Of a stretch of DNA of 64,000 nucleotides, positions 37,265-51,074 are shown piece after piece (the first letter of the stretch is position 1; each line of letters starts with the position of its first letter). The translations under genes were made by a program, and so were the position numbers. The DNA is taken from assembly GCF_006345805.1 (NCBI RefSeq), contig NC_042999.1, positions 139,624,001 to 139,688,000 of the forward strand. Reading direction: 5' to 3'. Origin of the DNA: Octopus sinensis. Taxonomy: Eukaryota. The notes below the pieces were generated by a model. That model ran no database searches. It saw only the letters and a list, made by a program, of their open reading frames with translations, and was not told where the DNA came from.

Positions 37265-40200
37265 ATGGCTACTGGTCACTACGAGGCTAAGGCGCAAGTC
37301 AAGCGTGACGCCAAAACAAAAAAGCAGGATTCCCTGTCACCATGCGCTGAACTTGACAGTTTGAACGCTACTAACACCACCATCAGCATCGACAACAGCA
37401 ACAACTACATAACAAAGGTCGCAAGGCCAAGCACCGTCACCGCCACCAATGATTCCACCATCAACACCGACACCACCACCATGGCAGCTTCTGCTACCTC
37501 TGCTAACGATACCACTAACAACAACAACAAAACCAAGGTCGCAAGGCCAATCCCTGTCACCGCAACCAATGATTCTACCAACACCGACACCCTCCTTGAC
37601 AACGCTTACGACGTTGAGTTCCCCATACTGCTTTCACCACAATTTCATAAAGCAGGGGAAATGGGGAAAAACAACACGAACACAGATGTGAGCATGAACG
37701 CTAACATCGCGACCTCCACTCAAAAACTGGTAAACAACCCTACTTCACAGTTATCTACTACTACGAACGACTCTGCCACAAACATCACCACCACCACCAC
37801 CTCCACAAAAAACAATTTCGTGGAAGCCATACGACCGAAAAGAAGAATCCTAAAATTTACTCACCAACAAATACAAGACACAAAGTCCTTGCTCACCAAA
37901 GAAGGTGACACAATGCATTTAAATATTCCATAGAAGAAACACAAAAGAAGACCATCATTTACAGAATACTCAACACCAAAACAAAAAGACCAGAAAGCCT
38001 ACTTAAAGGAAAAATTGAAAAGTGCCTCTCTTCCGTGTGGAAATTCCGAAATTATGTGAATTGGGGAAGTAAATTTGCTACCGTGCAAGTTCGCTTTCAT
38101 ACGGAAGAACTAGCAAAAAAGTTTTCAACCCTTACTCTGCGCACAGGCCAGGTAACAATGGTTACGAAAGTTACGCAGAGTTACGAAAGTTACAATATAC
38201 AATGTGCCGCCAGTAGTGAATACCTAGTGGCTGGTATCGGCCATCTGCTTCGATATAGAAGAAGCAGATATTTTAGAAATAGCTGATATTCCATAGGAAA
38301 GCTGGACTGGTAAAAAAACTCGAAATATTGCTTCAAATCTCCCAAGAAGCAATAAACAATTTACCAACCAGTGTTCAACTGGCAAAAGGTCAAAAATTGT
38401 ATGTAGTGGTGGAGGACAGGAGGCCAAGATGCTATTTATGCAACAGTGAGGCACACCTTAGATATGAGTGCCCAACTGCTGTCAGAAATAGGCAACAGCA
38501 ACCACTCCCCAAACCTGGAAGGAGACCCGTGCTACCCACACCACCTTCAACCCAAAAGACAGGAAAAACAGCGGACGATACAAAAACTGTTTCCCCCTCA
38601 CCAACCACATCACCAAGAAGAGAATTACCTCCGACATCACAACCAACAAAAGAAACAACATCACCACCAACATCAGAAGACAGACCAACACCAGCACCAA
38701 GAACAACAACCAAAAAAACAAATAACAATGACGAAAAGACAAATTCTGCCCCTAATACCCCAACAACACAAACAGCACACAAAACAACAACACCTTCTAC
38801 AAACACACATATAGATCCAAACGCTTTGCCTTTACCCCCTTCTGATTCGTCGTCCAACGACGAAAGTTCGACGGAATGGCAAATAGCCACAGGGGGTAAA
38901 AGGAAAAGACCAAAAAAGCCCACCAAACAAGTAAGTAAAGCAGGGAGATATTTAACTTCGGACAGCATCCCCTTAGACAATGAAAAAAAATCAATCACCC
39001 CGCAAAACCACACACACAACTAACAGCAATAGACACGGACAATAAAAAACTAATGGATTACATTGCATCCAACACGAACATCTGCGAAGATGACTTTAAG
39101 ACAATCATCCACGCACCACTCCACCGAAACACATAAGAATTGTACACATAACACAAACACAACACCATACACTGAAAACCATATTTCAAAATGCGGTTGG
39201 GGGGTTTCAAAAATACCTCTCAAAAAAACTATTCAAACACCTCCGCAAAGACACTACAAAAGATGAAGAAAAAACTGAAACTTTCGAAATGAGTAAGTCA
39301 CCTTCCCTCTTGCCTCTTGTCTCTTCCAGTGTAGTGTGTGAAACACAAATTTCTTAAACGTCAATTATGCTTAAATTAGGTTGTGTGAATGCGCGTGGCT
39401 TGGCATCGGCTTGGAAACAAGGTTACCTTCTAAACAACATCAAGTCACTGAACGTGGATATGGTAGCTATCAGTGAAACCAGACTCAGCAAGCCGCGGGT
39501 CCTCGCGTGCATGTTTGGCGACCAATTTGACATTTATTTTTCTCCCTGTCTGCCGAACATGGGTGGTGGAGGTACCGTGGTGCTTTTTCGAAAGAATCTA
39601 AATGTAAAAGTAAGAACAATATTCCTAGGTTGGTTGTCTTGGACGTGGATGGCAGAAATGTGTGTGCATTCTGTCTGATGGCAGTTTATGCACCGTCCTT
39701 AACGGGTCGGGCGGATTTCTTCAGACGTCTAGAGGTTTTCCTGGGTACGTCTAGACCTTTACTGTTAGTGGGGGATTGGAACGCTACCTTGGACACGCAT
39801 ATAGATTATGTGGGAATGGATAGGAATAGAAGGGGGTGTAAGTGCCTCAAAGACCTACTCAGACGTTTCCATTTGTCTGACAGGTTCCGACTCCACCATC
39901 CGAACGTGGACTTGGACAAACCGTGTCGGATCGTCGAGATCTTATCTAGATAGAATTCTATGCAGGACAGCGGATAGGGATAGTGTAGGATGTCCACAAT
40001 TTAAAATAGTCAGCTACACAGATCACAAATTTGTGACGTGTACGCTCGACTTAGATAAGACACATAGACAGGGTCCCGGTTACTGGAAATTGAACACGTC
40101 GCTCTTAGCGCGACAGGTTTACAAGAACCGGATTAGCGAGCTAATTAAGAGGGCGCTGGCGGGAGCCGTCGTTAACAACCGCTGGTGGTTCGCCCTGAAA

Positions 40201-42859
40201 ATGGCAATAAAATCGGAATCAATTAGGTTTAGCAAGGAATTAGCGATAGATCGAAATAGAGTAGAGGGAGACCTGGTTAAGAAACTAGAAGAGGCACTTA
40301 CCACTGGCAGCACAACCAACGTGCTGGCTGCGAGGATGGCCCTCGACCAATACCTCAACGCCAAGCACGAAGGTTGTGTCGTCAGAGCTAAAATGCGTGC
40401 CTTAAGGAACGAAGCTGTGCGAGAGGCCCGGGTAGCGGAGGCGCAGCGTGGCAACAGAGCCACCATTCGGTCTCTAATAGATCAACAGGGATGCAGTTTA
40501 CTCGAACCCGAAAGGATGTGTGAGGCCTTTCAACAGCACTTTGCTCGACTGTTTTGTGCGAGTGGTGGGTCGGAACGCGGGATGGATTTCAGTGCCTACC
40601 TGACCGACCTGCCGCGGCTCTCGGCAAAAGAAGCGGAGTGTTGTGAAAGTCCCATCACAGCCGCTGACGTGCGGGCTGCGCGAGTGATAAGTCGCCTGGA
40701 TTGGATGGTTTACCCTACGAGCTGTATTGTCAAATGCCAGACTTGTTTGGCGACCTCTTGGCATCAGTCTACTGCAACTGGCAACAAAACGAGAGAATCC
40801 CTGGTTTCGTGAGCCGAGGTGCAGTGACGTTGCTGAAGAAAGACCCAAACAAGGGGAATTTTATAGATAATTTCAGGCCCATCACTCTGCTCAACGCAGA
40901 TTTGAAAAAGTAATAGCCGAGAGGTTGGCGCTTGTCATTGGTAAACTGGTCGACAGGGCGCAAACATGCACCGTGCCGGGCAGAACCATACATGACAATC
41001 TCCATCTGATGCGCTACATTGTGGACAGGGTAGTTAAGGATTCTGACATGGGTGGGGCGCTGATCAATTTGGATCAGTCTAAAGCCTTCGATAGGGTCGA
41101 CCATCGGTACTTGGCGGCTGGCTTCGGTCCCGTCTTCCGCGGTTGGATCGCTGCCTTGTATAGCGGCATCCGATCGGTGATTCGGGCGAACGGCCACCTG
41201 TCGAAACCGTTTGACATCACGCGTTCGGTCCGTCAGGGGTGTCCCCTGTCGGCGCTTCTGTATGTATTGACTCTCGAGCCGCTACTGCGGAAGCTGGCGA
41301 CACTGAGGGGCATCCCATGGGAACTGGGTTGCGGGACGAGCGTGTCGGCATATGCGGACGATGTCACCGTCATACTGTCGAGCGAAAAACACATCCAGAT
41401 GATAGGCGAGACACTAAGAAAATACGAAACGGTGACGGGAGCGAGGATTAACCCGGAAAAGTCAGTGGGTTTGCTACTCGGCACCTAGAGAAGCAAGCCC
41501 ATGCCGTCCGACTGCGGCTCAGTAGTGGGACGCTGGACGGACGGACCGGTTAAATTGCTCGGGGTCTGGTTCAGTCCGAACCTCCAAATGGATAAGAACT
41601 GGAACGAGATCACGAGTAGAGTGGTCGCTCTCAGCCAAACATGGGCCGAGAGAAAGCTGTCTCTAAAAGGTCAGGCGGAGGTGGCGAACGCGTACATCGC
41701 ATCCGTCATCGATTACCGCCTGACCGTCGTGCCTTGTCCCGGCGCCACCATCACCAAACTGGAACGCATACTCTTCCGCTTCCTGTGGAAGGGTGGGGTT
41801 CCAATGGTGAGGAGGTCCATTTGCTGTCAATATCCGTTGAATGGAGGACTGGGCATGCCGTGGTTGATGATGCGCTGAGACTGCGACATCTCTGGAACTT
41901 CATCGATGACGGTGAACAGGTGTGGGCGCCGTTTGTGAGGCGCGCCTTCCCGTAGCACGTCTCACTGACCGAAGTGCAAACGTGGATCAAGAAGAGACCG
42001 AAACTGGGCGATTGGCACCAAGAGTGTCGCCAAGCTCTACAGCAGCTCTGCCGACCGGGGTCAAACTTGTGCAACTTACAAACGACTAAAGCGTTCTATA
42101 GAGGACTAGTGGAGGGGAGGTCCGACGACACACTCGGGGCAAATCTGGTCGTCGACGAGAAATTCCTAACCCGCCTGTTCAGGACGACGTTCGGGCCGGG
42201 GCTTATGGATAACTTCCAGAAATCCCTGGCTTGGCAATGCTATCGAGACGCACTACCTGTTCGAGAGAAGAGCTACAGGCACGGTTCGAAAACCATCACC
42301 GGACCATCCTGCCCGAGATGCAGTCAGAGCGATGAAACCGTTCTGCACGCACTCGTGCAGTGTCCAGATATTTCAGAGCTGTGGACCTTTGTCGAACAGC
42401 TGTTGTCGCGTGTAGGACGGGCCCGCTTATCGGCCGAGTCTATCGTGAATATTGTTCCACCACCTTCCTTTAAACGGGAAGGGAAAACGGTTTTCGTTAC
42501 CCTGATGGCTATGGCGAAAGAATGTGTGTGGTGGACGCGTTTGAAAGGACTGCAAACAAACACCTTCCTCTGGTTAGTCTCTCGTCAACTTTTTCAAGTA
42601 CCACTTGAAAAGGAGGATGAGAATAGAGAGGAAGGCTTTGTCGAACGAATGTTTTAATAAAAAGTGGGTAAAAGTGGCAAAAATGGTCAGTATGAAAGAC
42701 GACACTATTTTAAGCGTAAATCTGTAACCAAAACAGACAACGAGAGGTAAGGTGACTTACTCGTGTTCATTTTCGAACTGTCTGAGGTGACCTTGGTCTT
42801 TTTTGTAGGTTTTTCTTTCCAGGGCTACACCTAACTGTGAACTTTATATATATATATAT

Positions 42860-42944
<85 letters not shown>

Positions 42945-43093
42945 TTTATACACCACACAACCCACAGATCCCTATTAATCGAACGTTTTTTTTTTCTTTG
43001 TGTCCCACCCATCCCACTTCGAAAAGAAAAAACTCTACATTGTATTTCGTCCATTTTTATTCTGTGTTTAGCCCTGTGTGGCCACAATAAAAA
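37265..43093 (+). mobile_element. Tx1/L1-like non-LTR retrotransposon, near full length, decayed
   Basis: ORF1 remnant with CYLCNSEAHLRYEC knuckle. ORF2 from 39367: APE endonuclease (LGCVNARG, VGDWNA, YLDRIL, TDHK), RT (FRPITLLNAD, LDQSKAFDRVDH, VRQGCPLS, AYADD), CPRC...HALVQC. 3' UTR with (TA)n and AATAAA near 43086. Confidence 0.9.
42845..42940. repeat. (TA)n microsatellite, one of many (TA)n/(TG)n/(GATA)n tracts in the window
   Basis: Direct inspection. Confidence 0.95.
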
Positions 43094-43351
43094 GTCATGT
43101 ATTTATGTGTTGTGGAATATAACGAAATTATGCCAGCAATGTCTCATTTTAAACTGCTTTCGGTTGCTTTATTCTCAATGCTCGTATATTTCAATTGATG
43201 CCTATTTGTTATTGTAAGTTCGTTTCTGTGTGTGTTTTTTTATTATTATTTGAACTGTTATCTTGCGACAAACAGTAATTTTCGCCCTACGGGGCAGAAA
43301 ATTTCTGCATTTGTAAAATTTATTTCTTGTCATTTGTGACAAGTTCCCTTT

Positions 43352-46300
43352 TTGTACTACCATGGAGTGCGACCTCGCATCGAGAAAAGATTTTCCGGCA
43401 ATAACAAAGGAAATGAAAAGGACAAAAAAAGTTTTTCGGCAGCCGTAGGAGGCAATGTCATTGAACTGGAAGTAGCAATGGACAAGCTCTTTCAGTTCAG
43501 AAAATTAATTGTAAAAAATGGTGATGAAACCAAGTTGGAACCGCCCCCGGAAACTGTACAGGCAATACGGGAAAAGACAGTGGTGTAAAAAGTTTTTAAC
43601 GTCAAGGAAAAAAGAATCTCCGAGGTGAAAAATCAAATGGTGGAGCAATGTATGACTCCAATATGGAACAAAGTGCGCTACGTTAACCGAGGTGTACGAA
43701 GTGCTACAGTAGAAGCACATTTCGAGTCTGCTAACATAGCAAAAGAGATTTCAACGCAGAGGAAATCATGTTGCTGCTGACATACTTAGGCCGGCGAACA
43801 GCGAAAATATTTGTGGAAGACATACCAGCAGGGTATGATGTAATGTGGGCAGCAACGGCAGTGATATACGACGTGGAGTGCAAGATTACAATCCTGAACA
43901 TGAGGATGAAGGAAGCCACAAACTGGAGGGGACAGAGTTTAGAGATGGTTGTCCAAGGGGACAACCAGACACTCGAAAGTTTGCCCGATAGGGTCTCCGT
44001 AGGCGAAGGAATACATTCGTGTATCGGTGGAGGGATGTAGGCCCAGATGCTTTAAGTGCGGGGAGAAGGGTCATGTACGCTCTACCTTCACGAAAAAAAA
44101 ATAGTCGAGGTCCCTCCCCAAAACGAAGTGAGACAGGAGAGCGTTGCTCAAAAAAAAAAAGCAAAAAGAACAAAGTGAAAAACAAAATGAAGAACAGTAG
44201 AAAGAAGGAAAACGACCAAACGGTGATGAAATTTACAACTGTGACATATAAACGCAAAAAAGAAAGCACCCCGGACTCCCCTCCCCAAATAAAAAAAAAA
44301 CAGCAAACACGCAAGAACAACACCAAAAAATTCCCCAATCCCTCCCAGCTAACACTACATTTGGAGGTCAGCTTTTTAATAAACCCACCCCACTGTGCTA
44401 AAAAGTTTTAAAAAGACTAACAAAATAATTTCGTTCAATGATAAGAACGAAAAAGTACTTCGTTTAATCAGGGCTAATCGCCGCATAAAATTTTTTTAAT
44501 GACTGGCGGGGAGCCCGACACACGTTACGCAAAAGTCGGAGAGGAGGAGTGGAAGGGAAAGCTCCTCCAGGAACACGTAAACAACAAAACTATAAAAGAT
44601 GTTACTCAGGAAGTAATAGCTGGGAAGCTAATTATCAGCCCGGCAGCCACTCCAAACCAGAGCCCGGTGAAAAGCCCAGCAGCTACGGGGAGTGCTGGGG
44701 AAGCTGGTAGACAAAAACTGCCATACTCCTTCTCACAACAGTGAGTAAATTATTTTCTTTTCTTCAATGATTAAGTTAAGTTGTTTAAATGTGCGTGGAA
44801 TTGGGTCGAGATGGAAACAAGCTTGTTTTCTGAACGACCTCATGACATAGAATAGATGTTGTTATTGTAACCGAGTCCAAGATGAGTGGACCTCAAGCGT
44901 TCTCGCTTCTTCTGAGTAGTTACGAGAAATTTATTTCTCCGAGCCGAGGAGGGGGTGCAGGCGTAGTGGTTCTTGTCAGGAAGAACTTGGACTTACAGAT
45001 AAGTACTGTCTTTCTGGACCCAGAAAGCAGGCTGGTTGTACTAGATGTGACTCATGTGAGTAAACAGTCCTTCAGGTTGGTAGCTGTCTACACTCCTGAG
45101 AAGTGTAGGCAGTCTGGTTTTTACGAGAACCTGGAGCACTTTCTAGTGACGTCTAAAACGTTAGTTTTGGTAGGGGACGTCAACACTATCCTCGATGCAC
45201 GGGTCGATAGTGTGGGCTCAACTGATAGGAAAGGGAATCCTTGCCTCAAGGGTCTACTAGAGAGCTATAATCTAGTAGACCGTTACCGACTGGATGAGCT
45301 GAACGTTCCACAGTGGACGTGGAGTAACAACGACGGCTCACACAGATCGTACCTAGATAGGGTATTTATTAAGGAAAGAGATAAGAATAGTGTTAGTTGT
45401 CCACAATTCTGTATTGTGCCTTACACGGATCACAAACTTGTGAAGGTGGAGGCCATAGTACAGAAGTTGTCTGGAAGGCCTCTGTCCTTGAAGGGCAGGA
45501 CGGAGGTGGTGCAGGTGTTTATAGCATCTGTAATCACCTACCGCCTGTCCGTGGTACCTTGCCCCGATTTGTGGCTAAACAAGTTGGAACGACTCCTCTT
45601 CCGCTTTTTGTGGAAGGGAGGACATCCACTTGTGAAGCGCTCCATTTGCTGCCAGGAACCATTAAAGGGTGGACTGGGGATACCCTGGCTGAAGATGCGC
45701 ATATATGCATTGAGGCTGAGACATCTCTAGTGCCACCTGGAGGGTGATAGGGTGTGGAGTCCGCTGGCGGAGGAGTTCTTGCCGCAACCGGCCTCTTTGG
45801 AGAGATTTAAACCCAGTCTCATTAAAAGATATAACCTGACTTCATGGCAGAAGGAGTACCGTCAGGCACTCTGGCTGATCCACAAAACGAGCAAGGCTGG
45901 CAGCAGGAATACCACCTCAGTGTTCTATAGAGGGCTGGTAGAGGCAAAAAACAATGACGTCCTAGGAGGGGCTCTGGGGTTTAATGAGAACCAACTTGCC
46001 AACCTGTTCAAAAAAACTTTCAGGCCGAGGTACTTGGATAACTTCCCAAAATCCCTGACCTGGCAGTGCTATAGGAACGCTTTACCTGTTCAAGATAAGT
46101 TAGCCAGGCACGGAGTACCAGTGTCACCAACGTGTCCAAGATGTGGGTTGGACAATGAAACTGTCCAGCACGTTTTTGTACAATGTCGGGAGCTATCCAG
46201 CTTGATAAGTTACGTCGAACACGTGCTGTTGCATCTAGGACGAGTACAGCTGTCAGCTGAATCTATAATAAAGATGATACCGCCAACTGGACTCACAAAG

Positions 46301-46790
46301 AAAGGTAAGGCATGTTTTTACTGTACGGTTGCAGTACTGAAAGAGTGTGTTTGGAGGACGAGAATGGAAGGTTCTGTGAAAGGGTCCTTCATCTCTGCTG
46401 TCTTACTTCAGATACCATCTGAAGAGCAAGATGGGGTTGGAGAGGAAATCCCTGCCACCGAGAGAATATGAGAAACGATGGAAGGATGTGATGAGAAAGT
46501 TGGGTGTTAGTAACCCAGCTTAATCATTGCTGAAAGGAAAAGATAGTTGCTGGGCCTTATAGGCTGCCGGGTTTCGATCTTTTAAACTTTTATTCGTTTT
46601 CTTTCTTTGTTTTATTTTATTTTTAAAAAGTTCTAGTTTAAAGGGAATTAATCATTGTATAAAATATTTTTAAGTAAATTTTTAAAACGATATTCATACG
46701 AACTCATATAACATTTTTTGTTTTTGTTTGTCTTGTAATGTCCCTTTCTATGTAAGATCATTTTTTATCATAACAGTTTCGTTTTAAACT
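43352..46790 (+). mobile_element. Second Tx1/L1-like LINE, internally deleted (no RT)
   Basis: ORF1 remnant (EAHFES, TYLGRRT). ORF2 from 44767 (MIKLSCLNVRG, VGDVN, YLDRVF, TDHKLVKV) jumps at ~45450 straight to the post-RT region (LSLKGRTEV...CPRCGLDNETVQHVFVQC); about 1.6 kb is missing relative to the first LINE. Confidence 0.85.
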
Positions 46791-47031
46791 TCAAGAAAGA
46801 AAGCCTTCAAGTTTATAATGAGACATTGCTGGCATAATTTCGTTATATCTATATACCACAACATAAATACATTCGGTACTATTTAAGAAGAGCAGTCCCG
46901 GTGAGCGCACTTGCGCTAGTTAGTCGTGACCAGTTGACCCTACAACGACTACCTATCCTATAACAAATGTTCGTACAAATTCGGTTGAAAGTTATTAGAA
47001 GAACGTAAAATAACGTTTTAAGGGTATGATG

Positions 47032-47667
47032 GGATCTTTTTCTTTTGAACGGCAGTTTTCAACACAATTTCTAGTCAACTAAACACTTTTAAACTTCGTA
47101 TACTGGTAGAATGTGTCAAAATAAAACATTTTTTTCTCTTGGCTTTCTTGAGAAAATTGTAATTTGTAAGTTTAACGTAGTTTAATTTTTCGAATTTTAA
47201 CCAATCCTATGCCCTGTATTGAGCTAAAATCATTTGCTGCATCTAAAACTGAGAAAACATCCTGTCACTAACCCTAACCCTAAATTTTAGCCTTTCGTTT
47301 TTTTTTTCTTAATTGTTAAATTAATTTAAGGATAACAATTAAGGAAAAAAAAAAGAAAGCAAAAGCTCAAAACAAAAACAAAACGAATAATTTTAGACAC
47401 ACACGTAACAATTAAATTAATTTAACAATTAAGAAAAAAAAACCCAAAAGGCTAAAATTTAGGGTTAGTGACAGGATGTTGTCTCAGTTTTAGATGCAGC
47501 AAATTCGAAAAATTAAACTACGTTAAACTTACAAATTACAATTTTTTCAAGAAAGCCAAGAGAAAAAAAATGTTTTATTTTGACACATTCTATCAGTATA
47601 CGAAGTTTAAAAGTGTTTAGTTAACTAGAAATTGTGTTGAAAACTGCCGTTCAAAAGGAAAAGATCC
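47032..47667. mobile_element. Foldback MITE, related TIR family, 8-bp TSD
   Basis: Almost fully palindromic; ends GGATCTTTTC...GAAAAGATCC; TSD GTATGATG at 47024-47031 and 47668-47675. Confidence 0.85.
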
Positions 47668-48061
47668 GTATGATGAGGGTACCAAAAACAGGTAGTATGT
47701 TATTTTTAAAAAAGGATTTCGATTTCAGGAACAATGAATTGCGGTCCTGCTGGTCTTGCACATACCATTCTGTTCAATTCCAAAGTAAATATCCGGTATT
47801 TATGCTGACTTATGTATGTCCTTTTACTAGTTAAACCCCACCACCCCAATTTTTATTTACTTTTTAAAACTGAACAATTACCCTAATTTTATAGATACTT
47901 CTTTCAAAATTACCGTTTTCATCACTTTTATAGGCTGAACAATGTAAAACGTTAAAGATAGAAGCCTCGTTTAAATCTAACACAAGCTAGGTTCAATGTT
48001 GTATCTATATCTTGGTCTTGTAGTATAATACCATTCATATCTGGGATGCTTTATAAGAATA

Positions 48062-48455
48062 CTAGCAATATCGCCCGGCGTTGCTCGGGTTGTAAGGGAA
48101 ATAACTATATAAGCATTTTTAGAGAGTTATAGCCAAAAAATAGCAAAAAAATGCATTAAAAATTGAAAAAAAATTAAGGTAAATTTTTTTTAAATCGTTG
48201 ACACATCGTAGATATTTTTAGAGAGTTACTTCCCTTTTATAAAAGCGAAAAAAATGCATTAAAATGGAAAAATATGATGGTAAATTTATTTTAAATCGTA
48301 GACTCATCGTAGACGCACGCTAATACCCAGAAGGGCTCGATATGAATCACGACTATAAGATACCCGCTTTTGGTTAAACTGCACCGCAAAATGTGGGAGT
48401 AGTTAGGAATCTAAATCGTAGGAGACAGACACACAACTTCACTCTTATACAAAGA
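48062..48455 (-). mobile_element. Non-autonomous Helitron, second family
   Basis: A|TC 5' end at 48455; 3' hairpin cccgagcaacgccggg then CTAG|T at 48062. Confidence 0.85.
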
Positions 48456-49849
48456 TGCTTTTTTTTTTCAGTCATAGAGTTAGATTTATGAAGGTCTTCA
48501 GTAGAAAATCCTTCGAATTCTGACTCGCTGCTTGATATAATGAAATTCGTATCCATTTTTTGTCAGAATTACAAATTTTGAAAACACAATAGGAACAAAT
48601 TTCGGAAAAAAATCTCCCATAATTCACGGAATTAAAATTACACTTCGATTTTTGTACAAAACTGTAGTTGAAGTGTTTACGAAGTATAATACGTGTTTTC
48701 ACGAATGTACTAAAGAGATTTGCTCTGATATTCTCATTTAAATATGAATAGGTAAATTCGGGCGGCTTGGTAACTATATATAAGTGTCGTCTGTTTATAC
48801 ATAAACACTGGTTCATACTGCAATTATATATACATATATATCTATATATAATATTATATAATAAAATATATACAGAGTAAAATAAAAACCAATTTACCTT
48901 TTCTGTCCGTCCGTGTGTCTTTGCAAATGTGTTGGAATGATAAGTGAGTTGAGTTTTGGCGCCTTTTTTACTAATAACAAACACACACGTGTTTGTATGT
49001 AGTTGTATGTGTATGTAGTTGTGTGTAGTTGTATATGTATGTGTATGCGTGTGTGTGAGGAATGACACACACACACTCACGCACGCACACATGTACATCA
49101 ATGCTTTCGGAGTGATATGTTAAAATATTGAGTTTTCTCGAATTTTGTCTTAATTGGTGGTAAAATTGAAAGAAATTTTTTATGGCATCACCCACTGAAG
49201 TACTCTGAAAAATCTTAGGTAAATTCTAATTGAAGAAATTGTGTGAGGAGTAATTGGTTATGTATTTATTTGTTTCTGTTTGCTGTGTTTTTTTATTTTT
49301 TGAGTAGTGGTTGAAATACTTTCAGTTTAGTCTTCCTCAAATCACTCTGTCGCTATTTACTTTCATTTTATTCGTTGCCCACTGTGTGTGTGCGTTTGCG
49401 TGTGGTGTAAACCAGACTAAGAAAAGCATTTGACACACACACCAGAATGTGAGTTTTCTGTAAATTTTGCTTAATTGGAGTTTAAATTTTAAAAACTGGA
49501 CCTGGCATGACGCGATGCATTGTACTCTCAAAAATGCTAGGTAAATTGTAATTGAAGAAATGCTATATTGTAGATTTGTATAACTCCCAAAGGGAGGCAG
49601 ATAATATCTGCCTTTTATAATAAGAGATTAAATTGACCGAAACACTTACACTTTATTGATCCTTTTTCATCTGAAAGGCAAAATTGACATTGGTGGGGTT
49701 TGAACCCAGAAAATAACTATATACCATGCCAACAAAAGCCAGGTACAGGGGCTTATCTTTGGTTAGGTATTTCTCCTGCAGTTGTCGAACCAGGAATATG
49801 GTATTAGTGGTGCTTCCACCTGGCACAAAACTGAACTACCTCTCATCTA

Positions 49850-50478
49850 AGCAGACTCTGTCCCTGATGAGATGGGCTATGACCCACCTCCGTGACCTTC
49901 GTTACCTGATCCAGCAGTTTGATACCTCTGTAGTTATTTCTATCTAGAGCATCACCTTTACCCTTGTAGTAGTTGACCATGGTGCTGCTACGCCAGTCGT
50001 TGGGTATGATTCCATCATGAACTACCTGGTTTACAATGTGGGTGACTAGGCCATAGCCTACAGCAACAGATGTTTTAAGCATCTCAGCAGTGATTTCTGA
50101 TGGGCTGGGGGCTTTTCCTGGCTTCATACCCTTAATTGCTTTATCTACTAGGGAGCTGTCTATACGGATAGCTGGTCCTTCTACTGGGTGAACATTTGGC
50201 AGGCTCTCCTCCTCCCATTCATTCTCCACATTCAGCAGTCTTTCATAATCGCTTCTCCAAGCCTCTTTCTTTTCAGAATCATTAAAAGCAAGTGCACCAT
50301 CATCCATTCGGACACATTTCTCTCCTGTGACATCACAATTTTCTCTCACACACTGTCTTGCAATCTGAAATGGCTCAGTTCTTTGGTCCTCATGTTCCTG
50401 GACACTGGCAAACTTCTTTTCTGCTTCGCTCTTGGCTATGTATACCGGCCACCCAATCTCCCTCTTGGCTGGGTGGCA
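49850..50478 (-). mobile_element. RTE LINE ORF fragment (linker to start of RT)
   Basis: KEAWRSDYERLLNVENEW...KAIKGMKPGKAPSPSEIT...KGKGDALDRNNYRGIKLL. Confidence 0.8.
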
Positions 50479-50486
50479 GGTATACA

Positions 50487-50529
<43 letters not shown>

Positions 50530-51074
50530 TTTTATGTGGCATGTAAGAGCAGCCCTGGTCAAATTGTTCAACTCATGCAAGCCTGGGCAATGGACATTAA
50601 ATGATGATGATGTGCATGTGTATATATGTATATATATATACATAGACACTTTTTTTTATGGGTCAACAAGGCTACTAATGATTTCATAGAAAGAGGGATA
50701 GCTTTTGCCTCCATTTTGGATGAGAATACACGAATTTACACAATACTGTATAGAATTTTGGGATAAATTTACAGATCATGGTTGATAACTTATAAAGAAA
50801 TCTTGTTTTCTTATAAACAGTTTGTGCAAAGGCTTTATGGATTTAGGTATTCTATAGAAAAATCCAACAATAAAGTAATCTGGTTGTTAGCTATTGAATT
50901 TGTAAAGAGATTCTTACAAAACAAAAAAAGGTTTTTTTTTCAGAGAAATCAAACAAAACAATTATTTTGGAAATTTTTAATATACAAATATAATTATTTA
51001 TCAAAATATAAATACTCAGTCAGATATATATATATATATATATATGCACAATCGAAAGATTAATTTTTATGGTG

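Noticed and set aside
38432-39019. Long antisense ORFs over LINE, Gypsy and Helitron coding regions
   Set aside because: Shadow frames of low-complexity or TE coding sequence with no independent domain signal.
42767-43217. ORFs rich in YIYI/CVCV/THTH (also at ~505-900, 4232-4624, 6682-8008, 48472-49195, 50188-50689)
   Set aside because: They are translations of (TA)n/(TG)n microsatellites and SINE bodies, not genes.
47268-47284. Interstitial telomere (CCCTAA/TTAGGG motifs, also ~4470-4500, 21125, 33460, 59575)
   Set aside because: Only two or so units, always inside MITE-like repeats.
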